DNA from: Patescibacteria group bacterium
GTDB lineage: Bacteria > Patescibacteriota > Minisyncoccia > UBA6257 > JACRHW01
Direction: 5' to 3'
Assembly: GCA_028865725.1 (NCBI GenBank)
Contig: JAGWJP010000002.1
Coordinates: 104,050 to 168,049, forward strand
DNA length: 64,000 bases
Part shown: positions 10,471-19,182 of the stretch, piece by piece
How the letters are laid out: the number at the start of each line of letters is the position of its first letter
How positions within the stretch are numbered: position 1 is the stretch's first letter
Position numbers and translations under genes: made by a program
Notes under the pieces: generated by a model
What the model was told of the DNA's origin: nothing
The model's database searches: none
Seen by the model: only the letters and a program-made list of their open reading frames with translations

Positions 10471-10474
10471 ATAT

Positions 10475-11956
10475 TTATTTTTTTCCTTGTTTTAATCCCG
10501 CTTGCGTAATCATTTTTACCACCCAAAATGCGAGTCCCATAATACCGAGGGTAGGCAACAATGCAAGGGTAAGCGCACCGCCCGCGGTAATCAGTGCGCC
10601 AAAACCAACCCCTTTCCCCACAGACAGCGCCCCTCTCCCTGTTGCACCAAGACCCCTCTTTACATGATCAGTAAAATCCCTAAACTTGACTTCATCCTCC
10701 CTGTTTTTTTCAATACCCGCAAACTCTTCAATAAGAGATGCGCGTTTCACTGCAGTTCTCTCTATTTCGGCAATTACCCTTTCATCAAGCATCCCCTTTT
10801 CGATAGCTCCCTGCACATGACGCAGCTCACCTGCACTCTTCTCGCGCAAATGCTCCTTAAATCGTCCGGGAATATCAGCGAGCGCATCGATGAGGGCACG
10901 GTCTGCGAGACCCTCGGGAGAAGAAAGGATGGAAAGCAACGCCGCAGATTGTTCGGCGGGAATCCGTTCCAATGTGCTTGCCACATTGAAAAACACGTTC
11001 TTGTCTGATACGAGCAGCATGCGGAACTTAGGCTTTTGTGAAAGGGTATGAAGAAGCGATGCGGCGTCCTCCGGAGAAAGTGTACCGATTGTTTCCATAA
11101 CTTCACGCCATGTCTGTTCTCGCTCCTTATCACCATCAATGTCTTCTGCCTGAAGCACGCGCTCATGGAGCACCTGTGCAAGCAAGGTTTCCTTCCTGAA
11201 TACATCTTCTTTATTACGTGCCCTCCTTGCCTCGTAAGCAAGTGCTGCAGCGCGACGAATCATTACCGTGCTGCGCAATTCGTCTTTCCGATCCTCATCG
11301 GTCTTATTGCTGCGAAGCTCTCGTTTCTCTTCAGAAGAAAGATACAATTCAAAAAATGAAGGGCGGGGCTTGCGTTCTTTCCGTTGTAATGCCTTATTCT
11401 CTGCATCCTGTTCATTTAAATCGCCTCTTGTATAGGCATCAAACTCTTGCCGAGTGAGATATGTTTGTAAAAATAACGAAAATCCTTCCTTGCGCGCCTG
11501 TTTCAAGAGAGCGTTTTGTTCTTCGGGTTCCAGCGCTTCAAATACCGCCGCTGCTTCTGTAGCTTCGCGCTCTCCTTCTTTGCGCGCCTCCGCGCGCAAA
11601 GAAGGATTACCCGTAATACGCGCACGCGCCTCCGCTAATGCCTTCTTTTCTGCGCGTGCATCTGCGGTAGATGACTGTTTCCCTCTCGACTCATGCGGTG
11701 CTTCCCCTAAAATTGCGGGTGGGTCTTTGCTCTCTTCTTGCGGTGCACTGTACGCATGACCTCCCTCATGCACCCTGCTCTTGAGGAACTCTTCGACATC
11801 TTGTCCACGCGCGGTGCTCTTTAGGATCTCTTCGATATCGTATGCCAATTTCTCTCTGTGTTGTTCTACAACTTCATGAAGAAATGCGGCATCCGCCTCC
11901 GCGTCGAGTTCTTTTCTAGTTTTTCTTCCTTTTTCCTTTGGTCCCTCAAATGACAT
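10475..11956 (-). CDS. Hypothetical charged coiled-coil protein with C-terminal membrane anchor
   Basis: 493 aa; E/K/R-rich throughout, C-terminal Gly-rich hydrophobic helices (GVGFGALITAGGALTLALLPTLGIMGLAFWVV). Confidence 0.45.
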   Translation of the reverse strand: MSFEGPKEKGRKTRKELDAEADAAFLHEVVEQHREKLAYDIEEILKSTARGQDVEEFLKSRVHEGGHAYSAPQEESKDPPAILGEAPHESRGKQSSTADARAEKKALAEARARITGNPSLRAEARKEGEREATEAAAVFEALEPEEQNALLKQARKEGFSLFLQTYLTRQEFDAYTRGDLNEQDAENKALQRKERKPRPSFFELYLSSEEKRELRSNKTDEDRKDELRSTVMIRRAAALAYEARRARNKEDVFRKETLLAQVLHERVLQAEDIDGDKEREQTWREVMETIGTLSPEDAASLLHTLSQKPKFRMLLVSDKNVFFNVASTLERIPAEQSAALLSILSSPEGLADRALIDALADIPGRFKEHLREKSAGELRHVQGAIEKGMLDERVIAEIERTAVKRASLIEEFAGIEKNREDEVKFRDFTDHVKRGLGATGRGALSVGKGVGFGALITAGGALTLALLPTLGIMGLAFWVVKMITQAGLKQGKK

Positions 11957-12180
11957 AATACTTGTTATTCACAACCTCGTGTTAATCCTAAAGTAGATAT
12001 CACTATTCTAATGCCTTCTCACCAATGAATCAAATTATCCCTTACGTGACGATCGTCAGATAAGGGATTATTGTATCGCAAATGGCTTAGAATGGCTTAT
12101 GCGGGGACTCAATGATAAGTGTGGCTGGTATTTTGAAACAAAAAAAGCCTTGGAATGTTTTCTTGAGGCATGGGGTAGAA

Positions 12181-12208
12181 AAAGAAAAACCCCGAGATTC
12201 GCTCGGGG
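12181..12208 (-). terminator. Rho-independent terminator downstream of GC-rich gene
   Basis: Minus-strand hairpin CCCCGAGCGAATCTCGGGG followed by TTTTTCTTT. Confidence 0.6.
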
Positions 12209-12347
12209 TACCTGCCACACATGTGACAGGATTTTGTCTGCCCGCCGCGGCCACCCGCGGCAGGACTTTTAAGTGAGTCCCAGCCGATCACTCGGCGCGG
12301 GACTTGCGGGGGCGAGGCCCCCGCCATCTGCTGGCTGGCCCGAAGGC

Positions 12348-13124
12348 CTACCAGCGGTTGCCGTGCTTGCCGTTGGTCTGGCGACCGCGCGAGCCACGGT
12401 CGCCGCCGTTGCGCTGGTAGCCGCCGCGGCCGGACGACTCGTCGTCGTCCTTTCCACGGACGTCGTCCCAGCGGCGGCCGCCGGCGCGGGAGTCCGTGTG
12501 CGGAGCCGGCTGATGCCGCTCCCGGTACGCCTGCTCCTCGCGGCGCAGGCCACCAAGCTCCTCGGCGCGCATCTGGGCCTGGTAGCCCGACTGCGCGTGG
12601 AGAGGCTTGCGGCCGTTGCCGAGACGCCGGATGTTGTCGAGGCAGCGGCCGGTGTGACCGACCTCCACCTGCACCGAGCGATCCTTCTGGAAGCGCGGAA
12701 CCGCCTGACCGCGGTACACGATTCCTTCCGGATTGCGGTCGGGGTCGATGTACTGGTCCTTCGTCAGGATCGCGCCGTTCTCCTGCTTCAGGATGACGAC
12801 ACGCACGGGCGCGTCGACCACTTTGTTGCAGAAGGAGCACTTGGTTCCGTCCAGGATGGAGTCGTCCGGACCGATGAGGGTCTTGACGTCCTCCAGCCCG
12901 AGGGTGGTGCCGTTGGCGAACTGCCTGACGGATTCCTGGGTGAAGTAGTTCTGGCCGCCGTGAGCGTCGAAGTACTGCTTCGCCTCTTCCGTCATGAGCG
13001 GGAGCGCGGACGCGCCCCGCTTGGCCTGGTTGCGCTCGAGAGCGCTTCCGGACTTCTGCGAGGGGGGGACGACGGTCAGGGTGGCGGTGGTGTTCTTGGA
13101 CATGGTTAGTGTCCTCCTTTTCAT
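12348..13124 (-). CDS. Hypothetical protein encoded on a high-GC (about 68 percent) foreign segment; CxxC...HxxxC motif and RGG-rich tail
   Basis: 258 aa; strong RBS AAAGGAGGA 8 nt upstream of ATG; GC3-biased codons (GCC, CTG, CGC, ACC) unlike the flanking genes; balanced amino-acid composition versus nonsense Ala/Arg/Pro-rich alternative frames; C-terminal RGGYQRNGGDRGSRGR low-complexity tail. Confidence 0.55.
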   Translation of the reverse strand: MKRRTLTMSKNTTATLTVVPPSQKSGSALERNQAKRGASALPLMTEEAKQYFDAHGGQNYFTQESVRQFANGTTLGLEDVKTLIGPDDSILDGTKCSFCNKVVDAPVRVVILKQENGAILTKDQYIDPDRNPEGIVYRGQAVPRFQKDRSVQVEVGHTGRCLDNIRRLGNGRKPLHAQSGYQAQMRAEELGGLRREEQAYRERHQPAPHTDSRAGGRRWDDVRGKDDDESSGRGGYQRNGGDRGSRGRQTNGKHGNRW

Positions 13125-13324
13125 TTTCGGATACTCTTCGTTCGTCAGTCAAAAGACTTCAGTCAGAAAGAGCCCGTTCGAAGTATAATCGTTATGCTTG
13201 CGCATCGTTCATATACCTCGAACGCGCCCTTCCTGATTTAGGGTCTTCAACATTTGGGTCGAAGAGTATGTCAGGTTTTTCAATGTTCTTAAGCCCATTA
13301 TACACCATCTTGAATTATTTGTCA

Positions 13325-13340
13325 ACCCCTCACCTTTTAG
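13325..13340. repeat. Left arm of 16-bp perfect inverted repeat flanking the GIY-YIG gene (ACCCCTCACCTTTTAG)
   Basis: Exact reverse complement found at 13615..13630. Confidence 0.8.
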
Positions 13341-13598
13341 GCATCGTTTAAACTATTGGCTATCCTTCTTTTTAACTGTCCATACGCTCTTCCAAATCCC
13401 TTAAGGCGTCTCTCACACAATTTAGCATCATCTTCCGAACGATATGCTTCCACGTAGACATATATCCAGGGCTGATAACGCGCAGTTGATGGCGATTGGC
13501 CACTGTTGTGCTCTAATAGTCTTCTTTTTAAATCGTTCGTTTTTCCGATATATAACGATTTGTTCGCCTTGCTCTTTAATACATACACGTAATGCATA
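13337..13598 (-). CDS. GIY-YIG nuclease domain protein (YhbQ/UPF0213-like)
   Basis: ATG at 13598 gives an 87 aa product starting MHYVYVLKS..LYIGKTNDLKRRLLEHN (GIY-YIG core with conserved R and E/N). The ORF track's longer version starts at a TTG. Confidence 0.75.
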
Positions 13599-13614
13599 CC
13601 TGCATTATTATGTC

Positions 13615-13630
13615 TAAAAGGTGAGGGGTC
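13615..13630. repeat. Right arm of 16-bp perfect inverted repeat (CTAAAAGGTGAGGGGT)
   Basis: Reverse complement of 13325..13340; lies 17 nt upstream of the GIY-YIG ATG. Confidence 0.8.
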
Positions 13631-13805
13631 AAGTTTTTCAGGATCGGCCCTCAAATAAAGAGATAACGTCAAGATTGTTCAGGATTTCTGTCGTCGCTCG
13701 TTCATTCACAAAAGCGGTCTCCCCTCATCTATTGTTCACCTCTTTATTTCAGGGCCGATACCCGTAACACCGGTGTACAAGGCCCTCATTCAAGTTTCTA
13801 GGTGT

Positions 13806-13833
13806 ATTATAGCAGATCCACAGAATTTGTCAA
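13806..13833 (-). promoter_or_regulatory. Consensus sigma-70 promoter (TTGACA-16nt-TATAAT) reading toward the GIY-YIG gene
   Basis: Minus strand reads TTGACAAATTCTGTGGATCTGCTATAAT; perfect -35 and -10 hexamers with 16-nt spacer. Confidence 0.55.
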
Positions 13834-13896
13834 GAACCCCCCATTGCGCTCCCCTCCTTTGTACATTATAGAGAACTTGATACAGGCACAGGGGAT

Positions 13897-13921
13897 AACA
13901 CAAAAGACCCCTTTTGGGGTC
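13897..13921 (-). terminator. Rho-independent terminator of NUDIX gene
   Basis: GACCCCTTTTGGGGTC hairpin followed by T-tract on minus strand (TTTTG), also T-rich on plus side. Confidence 0.65.
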
Positions 13922-13935
13922 CTATTTTAATAGTA

Positions 13936-14724
13936 TTAACGTCCGAAACAATCTCGAAGCGCCGTCGATACTCCCTCAAAATCACGGCCAAGGAGCGAAA
14001 GAATATACCCCAAACGTTTCCCATGACCCCGATACATCCACCGAGGTTTCCCCGAAACAAGATCAGCACCCTTCACATGATTTACAATCTCGTGTGGAGA
14101 AAATTCGCTGACCATTTCAATCTCCACCTCGTCCTTTTTTCCTGACATGCTCGCTACATCGCAGAGAACCGTGACTACAAGATTCACCCGTCCGGTTTCA
14201 TCGCTTGATTTTGCATCAATACGAAAATAGTTCCACAAGGGATCAACTTCAAGGCCCGCTTCCTCGCCTGTTTCACGATGCAGGACGCGCCTAATCACAT
14301 CGATTAACCCGTCAACTTCAATCTCATCAAGAAGTTCCTGCAACATTTCTGCCTTAACGCTTTTTGAAATTTCACGTTCTTTTGTGCCATCACCCTTAAT
14401 GTCGATAATGTCGACTCCCCCTCCGGGAAGCCCCCATGCCTCCGGTTTTACTACCGGCTCGCCATCGACCAAAAACGTGTCTTCCTTTTCGAACACCAGG
14501 CATATCCGTACTTCTTCGGGATTCATCCGACCACGCTCTAACTGGGCGGAAAATCCCTTGCCGTCTTTCATCCTTACCGGAACGCAAAAGACGGAAAGAT
14601 GTCCCACCGATCCTTCATACGCTTCAAGCGTACGCCGAAGCGCGGCGAGCAAACGCTCTTTCTCTCCTACAGTTTCCATTGCGCGCTTTTGGCGCGCGAT
14701 AAGCCATCCCTTCATTTTCAACAC
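13936..14724 (-). CDS. NUDIX-family hydrolase with insertion inside the Nudix box
   Basis: 262 aa; GLPGGGV ... RRVLHRETGEEAGLEV matches the G-x5-E ... REUxEExGU Nudix signature but with an approximately 45-aa insertion between the two halves. Confidence 0.55.
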   Translation of the reverse strand: MLKMKGWLIARQKRAMETVGEKERLLAALRRTLEAYEGSVGHLSVFCVPVRMKDGKGFSAQLERGRMNPEEVRICLVFEKEDTFLVDGEPVVKPEAWGLPGGGVDIIDIKGDGTKEREISKSVKAEMLQELLDEIEVDGLIDVIRRVLHRETGEEAGLEVDPLWNYFRIDAKSSDETGRVNLVVTVLCDVASMSGKKDEVEIEMVSEFSPHEIVNHVKGADLVSGKPRWMYRGHGKRLGYILSLLGRDFEGVSTALRDCFGR

Positions 14725-14827
14725 CCTCCTTTGGTGTGCTTTCTATTTGATACCACATTACAAGATAATAAGTCAATAGAACACGATAAATTAAAAACCC
14801 CGCATTTCGCGAGGTTGCATTTTTTAT

Positions 14828-15418
14828 TTATGTATGCCGCTTCTGCCGAATAAAAAAACCATTCGCGCGCCTCATCGCACGCTCGATCCGACGCATATCC
14901 TTGTCTTGCTTTCTTCCTCTTGCAAGACGGGCCTGACGGAGTGCAGAAGGCGTCAGAGTCCTCCGCTTCCCGTTTCTCCGCTCATTTCTCCCGGGAGAGC
15001 GCCACGGCGTCCGACATACCGTCACAAGAACGCAATACTTTTCAAATCTCTTCCAAACAAAACGGAGTCCTGCAGCATCCCAGAACTCTTCCGTATAGTC
15101 TGCGTGCATCCTTTGCCCCACAAGCCTCCCGTCCTCGCGCAAAAGATCAAGCATCTGCGTGATAACATTCTCCTTCAAAATTATACCTTCAAGAGGAGCA
15201 CGCTCCTTGAATCTCGATTGCGCGTGCTTGGAAATTTCAATATTCAACTCCTCCACTCCTCCCTCTCCCCTCTCTCTTAAGAAGCGGGGACGCACAGTCA
15301 CGCTTCCCAAGAGCGGTAATACCATACCAGTTTTCAAAACCCATGTCAATAATATCAATGGTATTGCACCCCAACCTGCGTGCGTTACTCTGATTCGTTT
15401 ACACGGATGTTTTCTCAA
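14828..15418 (-). CDS. Hypothetical basic protein
   Basis: 196 aa ORF, Arg/Lys-rich C-terminus, overlaps efp start by 20 nt; true start uncertain. Confidence 0.3.
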   Translation of the reverse strand: MRKHPCKRIRVTHAGWGAIPLILLTWVLKTGMVLPLLGSVTVRPRFLRERGEGGVEELNIEISKHAQSRFKERAPLEGIILKENVITQMLDLLREDGRLVGQRMHADYTEEFWDAAGLRFVWKRFEKYCVLVTVCRTPWRSPGRNERRNGKRRTLTPSALRQARLARGRKQDKDMRRIERAMRRANGFFIRQKRHT

Positions 15419-15974
15419 CGCGCTCTACATAGCTTTTTGTAAGCGTGTTGACCCGCACAATATCCCCCTCATTGATAAACAAAGGAACGGCCACTTCGGC
15501 CCCGGTTTCTAGTGTGACGAGCTTAGTGCCTCCTTGCGCAGTATTTCCTTTGATACCGGGTGGAGCTTCCATTACCTTAAGATCCACTTTGATAGGCAGA
15601 ATGACATTCAATACTGATCCCCGTACAAGAATGGCCTCCACTATTGTGTTCGCTTTCAAAAACGATGCCCCATCCCCCATGACGCCTTCAGGCAAAGAAA
15701 AACGATTGGCAGGTTTCCCTTCTTCACAAAACCAATATTCGCCTCTGTTTGCATACAAAAATTTCATCGGCTTTTTTTCCACTTCTACTTCCTCGAACTT
15801 ATCAGCAGGCTTGAAGTTACGGCTCAACACCGCACCGGTACGCAGGTTCTTGATACGCGTCTGCACATTGGAACCTCCGCGCCCAATATGTTGATGCGAG
15901 ACCTCGAGAATTTCAAAAGGATCTCCCTCAATCGAGACCACAATCCCATTTTCTAAATCATTAATCGTAAGCAT
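15399..15974 (-). CDS. efp: Elongation factor P
   Basis: 191 aa; KPGKG-region equivalent (QHIGRGGSNVQTRIKNLRTG), three OB-like domains, conserved C-terminal GDIVRVNT. Confidence 0.93.
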   Translation of the reverse strand: MLTINDLENGIVVSIEGDPFEILEVSHQHIGRGGSNVQTRIKNLRTGAVLSRNFKPADKFEEVEVEKKPMKFLYANRGEYWFCEEGKPANRFSLPEGVMGDGASFLKANTIVEAILVRGSVLNVILPIKVDLKVMEAPPGIKGNTAQGGTKLVTLETGAEVAVPLFINEGDIVRVNTLTKSYVERVEKTSV

Positions 15975-16057
15975 ATAAAATCGTGTAACGAGTATTACGT
16001 AGCGTTATTGATTATAAGATTTATATACTATACAAGAAATTTGCTATGAAATACAAG

Positions 16058-17818
16058 CTATTCAATTGATTTGAGAGAAGCAGCAATAGAGCGACGGAGC
16101 GCATCAATCTCCTTTTCTTTTTCTTCTCCTGCATTTTCTAATGGCATAGGGTTGTTGTGTGCGAAAGGGGTGAGCAGCGCATCTAACTGTGGCGCATGAT
16201 ACACAGTTGTTTCGACCACCGGTGCTGCGCCACCTTCCACGCTCTCAGCCACTGCCAGTGTTGCCGGAATCGAATCCTCTGACGTCGCAACCACTGGACG
16301 CGTTGCGCGGGGACGCGTGGGCGGAATAATCTTTCCCGCCTGGATGAGCTTGAGGCAGTTTTTGCAATATACAGGACGTTTTGGATCTGGCTGAAATGGA
16401 ATTTGCGTCTCCGTGCCGCAATTCCAGCAAATTGCCGAATACATCGCGCGTTGCGAATCGGGCTGACTCGAATGCGAAGCATCCGGAGCAACTCCACCCT
16501 CTCCCTGCATAGATGCTTCTTTATCAGACATGAATACGGTGCTCAACCATTCATTAATAATCTCATCTACGCGTTCACGAGGCACGGAATACGTGGCATA
16601 GGTATAGCGTAAAATCTCATTGCGAAAACTCACCTCGGGAAGAGGAGTGGGAGGAAGGGTTACTGCAGAAAACGCGGGCGATGTAGCTCCATCAATCATA
16701 AGTTTCATCGCCACCTGTGCCCGCGGCAAGTTCACAAAATCGTTGACCACAAAAACAGGAAACATTTCTTTTTCAAACAGCTCTGCATCATCAGGCCCAA
16801 TGCGAAACACCATCATCGTCCCCACGTTTCCCACAATCGCATCGCGTACTGTTTCGTCCATCTGTGAAATATACTGGTTTGCCACGATAAGATTGAGGTG
16901 AAATTTCCGCGCCTCAGCAAGGATAGAGGCAAAGGCAGGCGTTGCAAAATGTTGAAACTCATCGATATATAAATAAAAATCCTTGCGATCTTTTTCGTCG
17001 GGTATATCGATGCGGCTCATGGCAGCAAGTTGGAGCTTAGTCGTAAGGAGGGCACCTAAGATCCTGCTATTATCTTCGCCGATTTTCCCGCGCGAAAGAT
17101 TCACTAAAAAAATGGACCCTTCATCCATAATTTTCCGAATATCAATCGTCGAATGCGGCTGACCTACAATATTTCTAAGAAGCGGGTTCATGGTAATCTG
17201 ACCAATCTTGTTCTGAATAGGCGCGATCGCTTCGGTTTGAAACTGCTCTTTGTAGCGCGCAAACTCTTTCGTCCAAAAATCGCGTATCAAAGGATCGGTA
17301 AGCTGGTCGATCACGTATTTGCGATAATCCTTATCGTTCAACAAGCGCATGATACCAAGCAGGGTCGCATCAGGAATTTCAAGAAGCGCCATAAGGCAAT
17401 TATTAAGAATATACTCCATACGCGCCGACCATACATCAGGCCAAATCTTCTTAAACACGCTCATAAGTCCCGAGGCGACAAGGTGGCGCCTATCCGGCGT
17501 TACATTTTCCATGGGATTAAACGCGATCGCCTGATCAAGCACGGAAGGATCAAAATAGATCACATCCTTGATGCGATTCTCGGGAACAAAATCGAGTAGT
17601 TTTTCTACTGAATCGCCGTGAGGGTCAATAAACGCAAGCCCTCTCCCCGCAACCATATCTTGAATAGCCATATTTTCCAGCAAGACGCTTTTTCCCATGC
17701 CGCTCTTCCCGATAATATACGTGTGGCGCCTCCGATCATCCTCTCGGATACCAAAACGCACCCGTTGATTGCGGAAATTTGTTTCTCCTAATATCAGATC
17801 AAAAGTACTTTCTGCCAT
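16058..17818 (-). CDS. DUF87/TraD-VirD4-like P-loop ATPase with C-terminal CxxC-x16-CxxC zinc ribbon
   Basis: 586 aa; Walker A IIGKSGMGKS at residue about 35, IDPHGD motif, Walker B-like YLYIDEFQ; no N-terminal TM; C-terminal CWNCGTETQIPFQPDPKRPVYCKNC. Confidence 0.65.
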   Translation of the reverse strand: MAESTFDLILGETNFRNQRVRFGIREDDRRRHTYIIGKSGMGKSVLLENMAIQDMVAGRGLAFIDPHGDSVEKLLDFVPENRIKDVIYFDPSVLDQAIAFNPMENVTPDRRHLVASGLMSVFKKIWPDVWSARMEYILNNCLMALLEIPDATLLGIMRLLNDKDYRKYVIDQLTDPLIRDFWTKEFARYKEQFQTEAIAPIQNKIGQITMNPLLRNIVGQPHSTIDIRKIMDEGSIFLVNLSRGKIGEDNSRILGALLTTKLQLAAMSRIDIPDEKDRKDFYLYIDEFQHFATPAFASILAEARKFHLNLIVANQYISQMDETVRDAIVGNVGTMMVFRIGPDDAELFEKEMFPVFVVNDFVNLPRAQVAMKLMIDGATSPAFSAVTLPPTPLPEVSFRNEILRYTYATYSVPRERVDEIINEWLSTVFMSDKEASMQGEGGVAPDASHSSQPDSQRAMYSAICWNCGTETQIPFQPDPKRPVYCKNCLKLIQAGKIIPPTRPRATRPVVATSEDSIPATLAVAESVEGGAAPVVETTVYHAPQLDALLTPFAHNNPMPLENAGEEKEKEIDALRRSIAASLKSIE

Positions 17819-17908
17819 AGTGTGTACGCGCTGCGTATGCTACTGTATTACGTGCATATTTCTATTGTAACAAAGAAGTCCCCACCTGAATACAAAAACC
17901 AATCTGTA

Positions 17909-19156
17909 CTAGACAGGAAGGTTCGGGGGCGGCTGTCCTTTTTTTGTTTCCAGTCTATGCAAAAACGGAGCCGCGACATTCGCCATCGGATAATGATAAA
18001 TCGTCGCAAGCTCTTCCGTTGACATTACCATACTCTTTTGCGGAAAAAGTCTCAATTGGTACGCGCGATATATATCCTCCTTCATAAGGAATTCGGTTCT
18101 TTTCTTAAAGAACAAGCTCTTGGGGCCGGGAAGCGTCGCCAAATTAGGCACAAACCCGTTCATGTGAGTCGTATTAAAAATCTTAAACGCACCCGCGAGC
18201 GCTGCTACGTTTACGCGCGTGAATTGATCTCTACGATCAATATAAATCATACGCATTCCTGTCTCAAATGCGAGTTGTGACATTTTTCGCTCCACCGCTT
18301 CAAGTACCTCTCGTTTTCCCGGAGTTAATTTGGTCACATCACTCTCCTTCTTAGGAGCCTCCGCACTCCATGTGGGATGCTCAAAGGGCGCTTTTAAAAG
18401 ATTTACGATAAACTCAAGCAGTCCCTCGATCAATCCATCAAAAAACCCTTTTTTCAGTATAATGGGAACCCCTGATAATTTTTTAATCACAAGGTCGCCT
18501 TCTTCCTTAAATGCTTTGCGTGCAGGTTTGATAAGAATCTGGATCCACATCAATTCATCATTTTTCAACTGACTCATAGTCTCAATCACGCTTGACAACG
18601 GATCAACGCGACGCTCTTCTTTTACTTCTTCGAAGCTCGGATAAGTTCTTATTGGAAAGGGGCTCTCGTTTGTAAACACGTAATCCGCGCCCCAGATATC
18701 ATAATCCTTGTTCGGAAGCACATCCGCAATCGCATGCGTATAATCGTCTACCCCCACCACTTCGGCATCGGGATACTGCGCATACACTTGCGATTCAATT
18801 AAATTTTTGAACTTACTCGGTGTATGTATATAAAAATGAACACCGCCCCCCGTGCCCGCAATCTCAAAACTTATCCATTCCTGGAATGTACCTTTGAGAA
18901 ATGCATCCCGCGGGCGTATAAATGCCTGAATCGCGTGCATGCCATTAAAAATCTGCTCCATTGACTTGGGAGTTTTTAATATCTCTTTAGGAATCCGAAC
19001 CTCAAGGGTAATCCACGAAATGCTCGATGCATACATCGCGGTCACATACATTTTCCAAAAATCTACAAGAACCAAATACAACACCAGCGGAAGTATAAAC
19101 CACCATACCAGACCCCACACCATGAGAATACTTGAAAAAAGTCCTGAGACAATCAC
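17909..19156 (-). CDS. Hypothetical membrane protein (two N-terminal TM helices, large soluble domain) adjacent to DUF87 ATPase
   Basis: 415 aa; N-terminal hydrophobic helices VWGLVWWFILPLVLYLVLV; no known catalytic motif; 90-bp spacing to ATPase gene on same strand. Confidence 0.5.
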   Translation of the reverse strand: MIVSGLFSSILMVWGLVWWFILPLVLYLVLVDFWKMYVTAMYASSISWITLEVRIPKEILKTPKSMEQIFNGMHAIQAFIRPRDAFLKGTFQEWISFEIAGTGGGVHFYIHTPSKFKNLIESQVYAQYPDAEVVGVDDYTHAIADVLPNKDYDIWGADYVFTNESPFPIRTYPSFEEVKEERRVDPLSSVIETMSQLKNDELMWIQILIKPARKAFKEEGDLVIKKLSGVPIILKKGFFDGLIEGLLEFIVNLLKAPFEHPTWSAEAPKKESDVTKLTPGKREVLEAVERKMSQLAFETGMRMIYIDRRDQFTRVNVAALAGAFKIFNTTHMNGFVPNLATLPGPKSLFFKKRTEFLMKEDIYRAYQLRLFPQKSMVMSTEELATIYHYPMANVAAPFLHRLETKKGQPPPNLPV

Positions 19157-19182
19157 GCTTAAAATATGCTCGTTAAAAACCT

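Noticed and set aside
12109-13152. 347-aa ORF (minus strand) and 278-aa ORF 12273..13109 (plus) spanning the high-GC segment
   Set aside because: Arg/Pro/Ala/Gly-rich nonsense composition typical of out-of-frame or antisense reading of high-GC DNA. The 12348..13124 frame has an RBS and balanced composition.
13851-13880. Perfect Shine-Dalgarno (AAAGGAGGGG) followed by a 4-codon ORF (MGGS) on the minus strand upstream of the consensus promoter
   Set aside because: Too short to be a gene. Probably a relic RBS or chance match.
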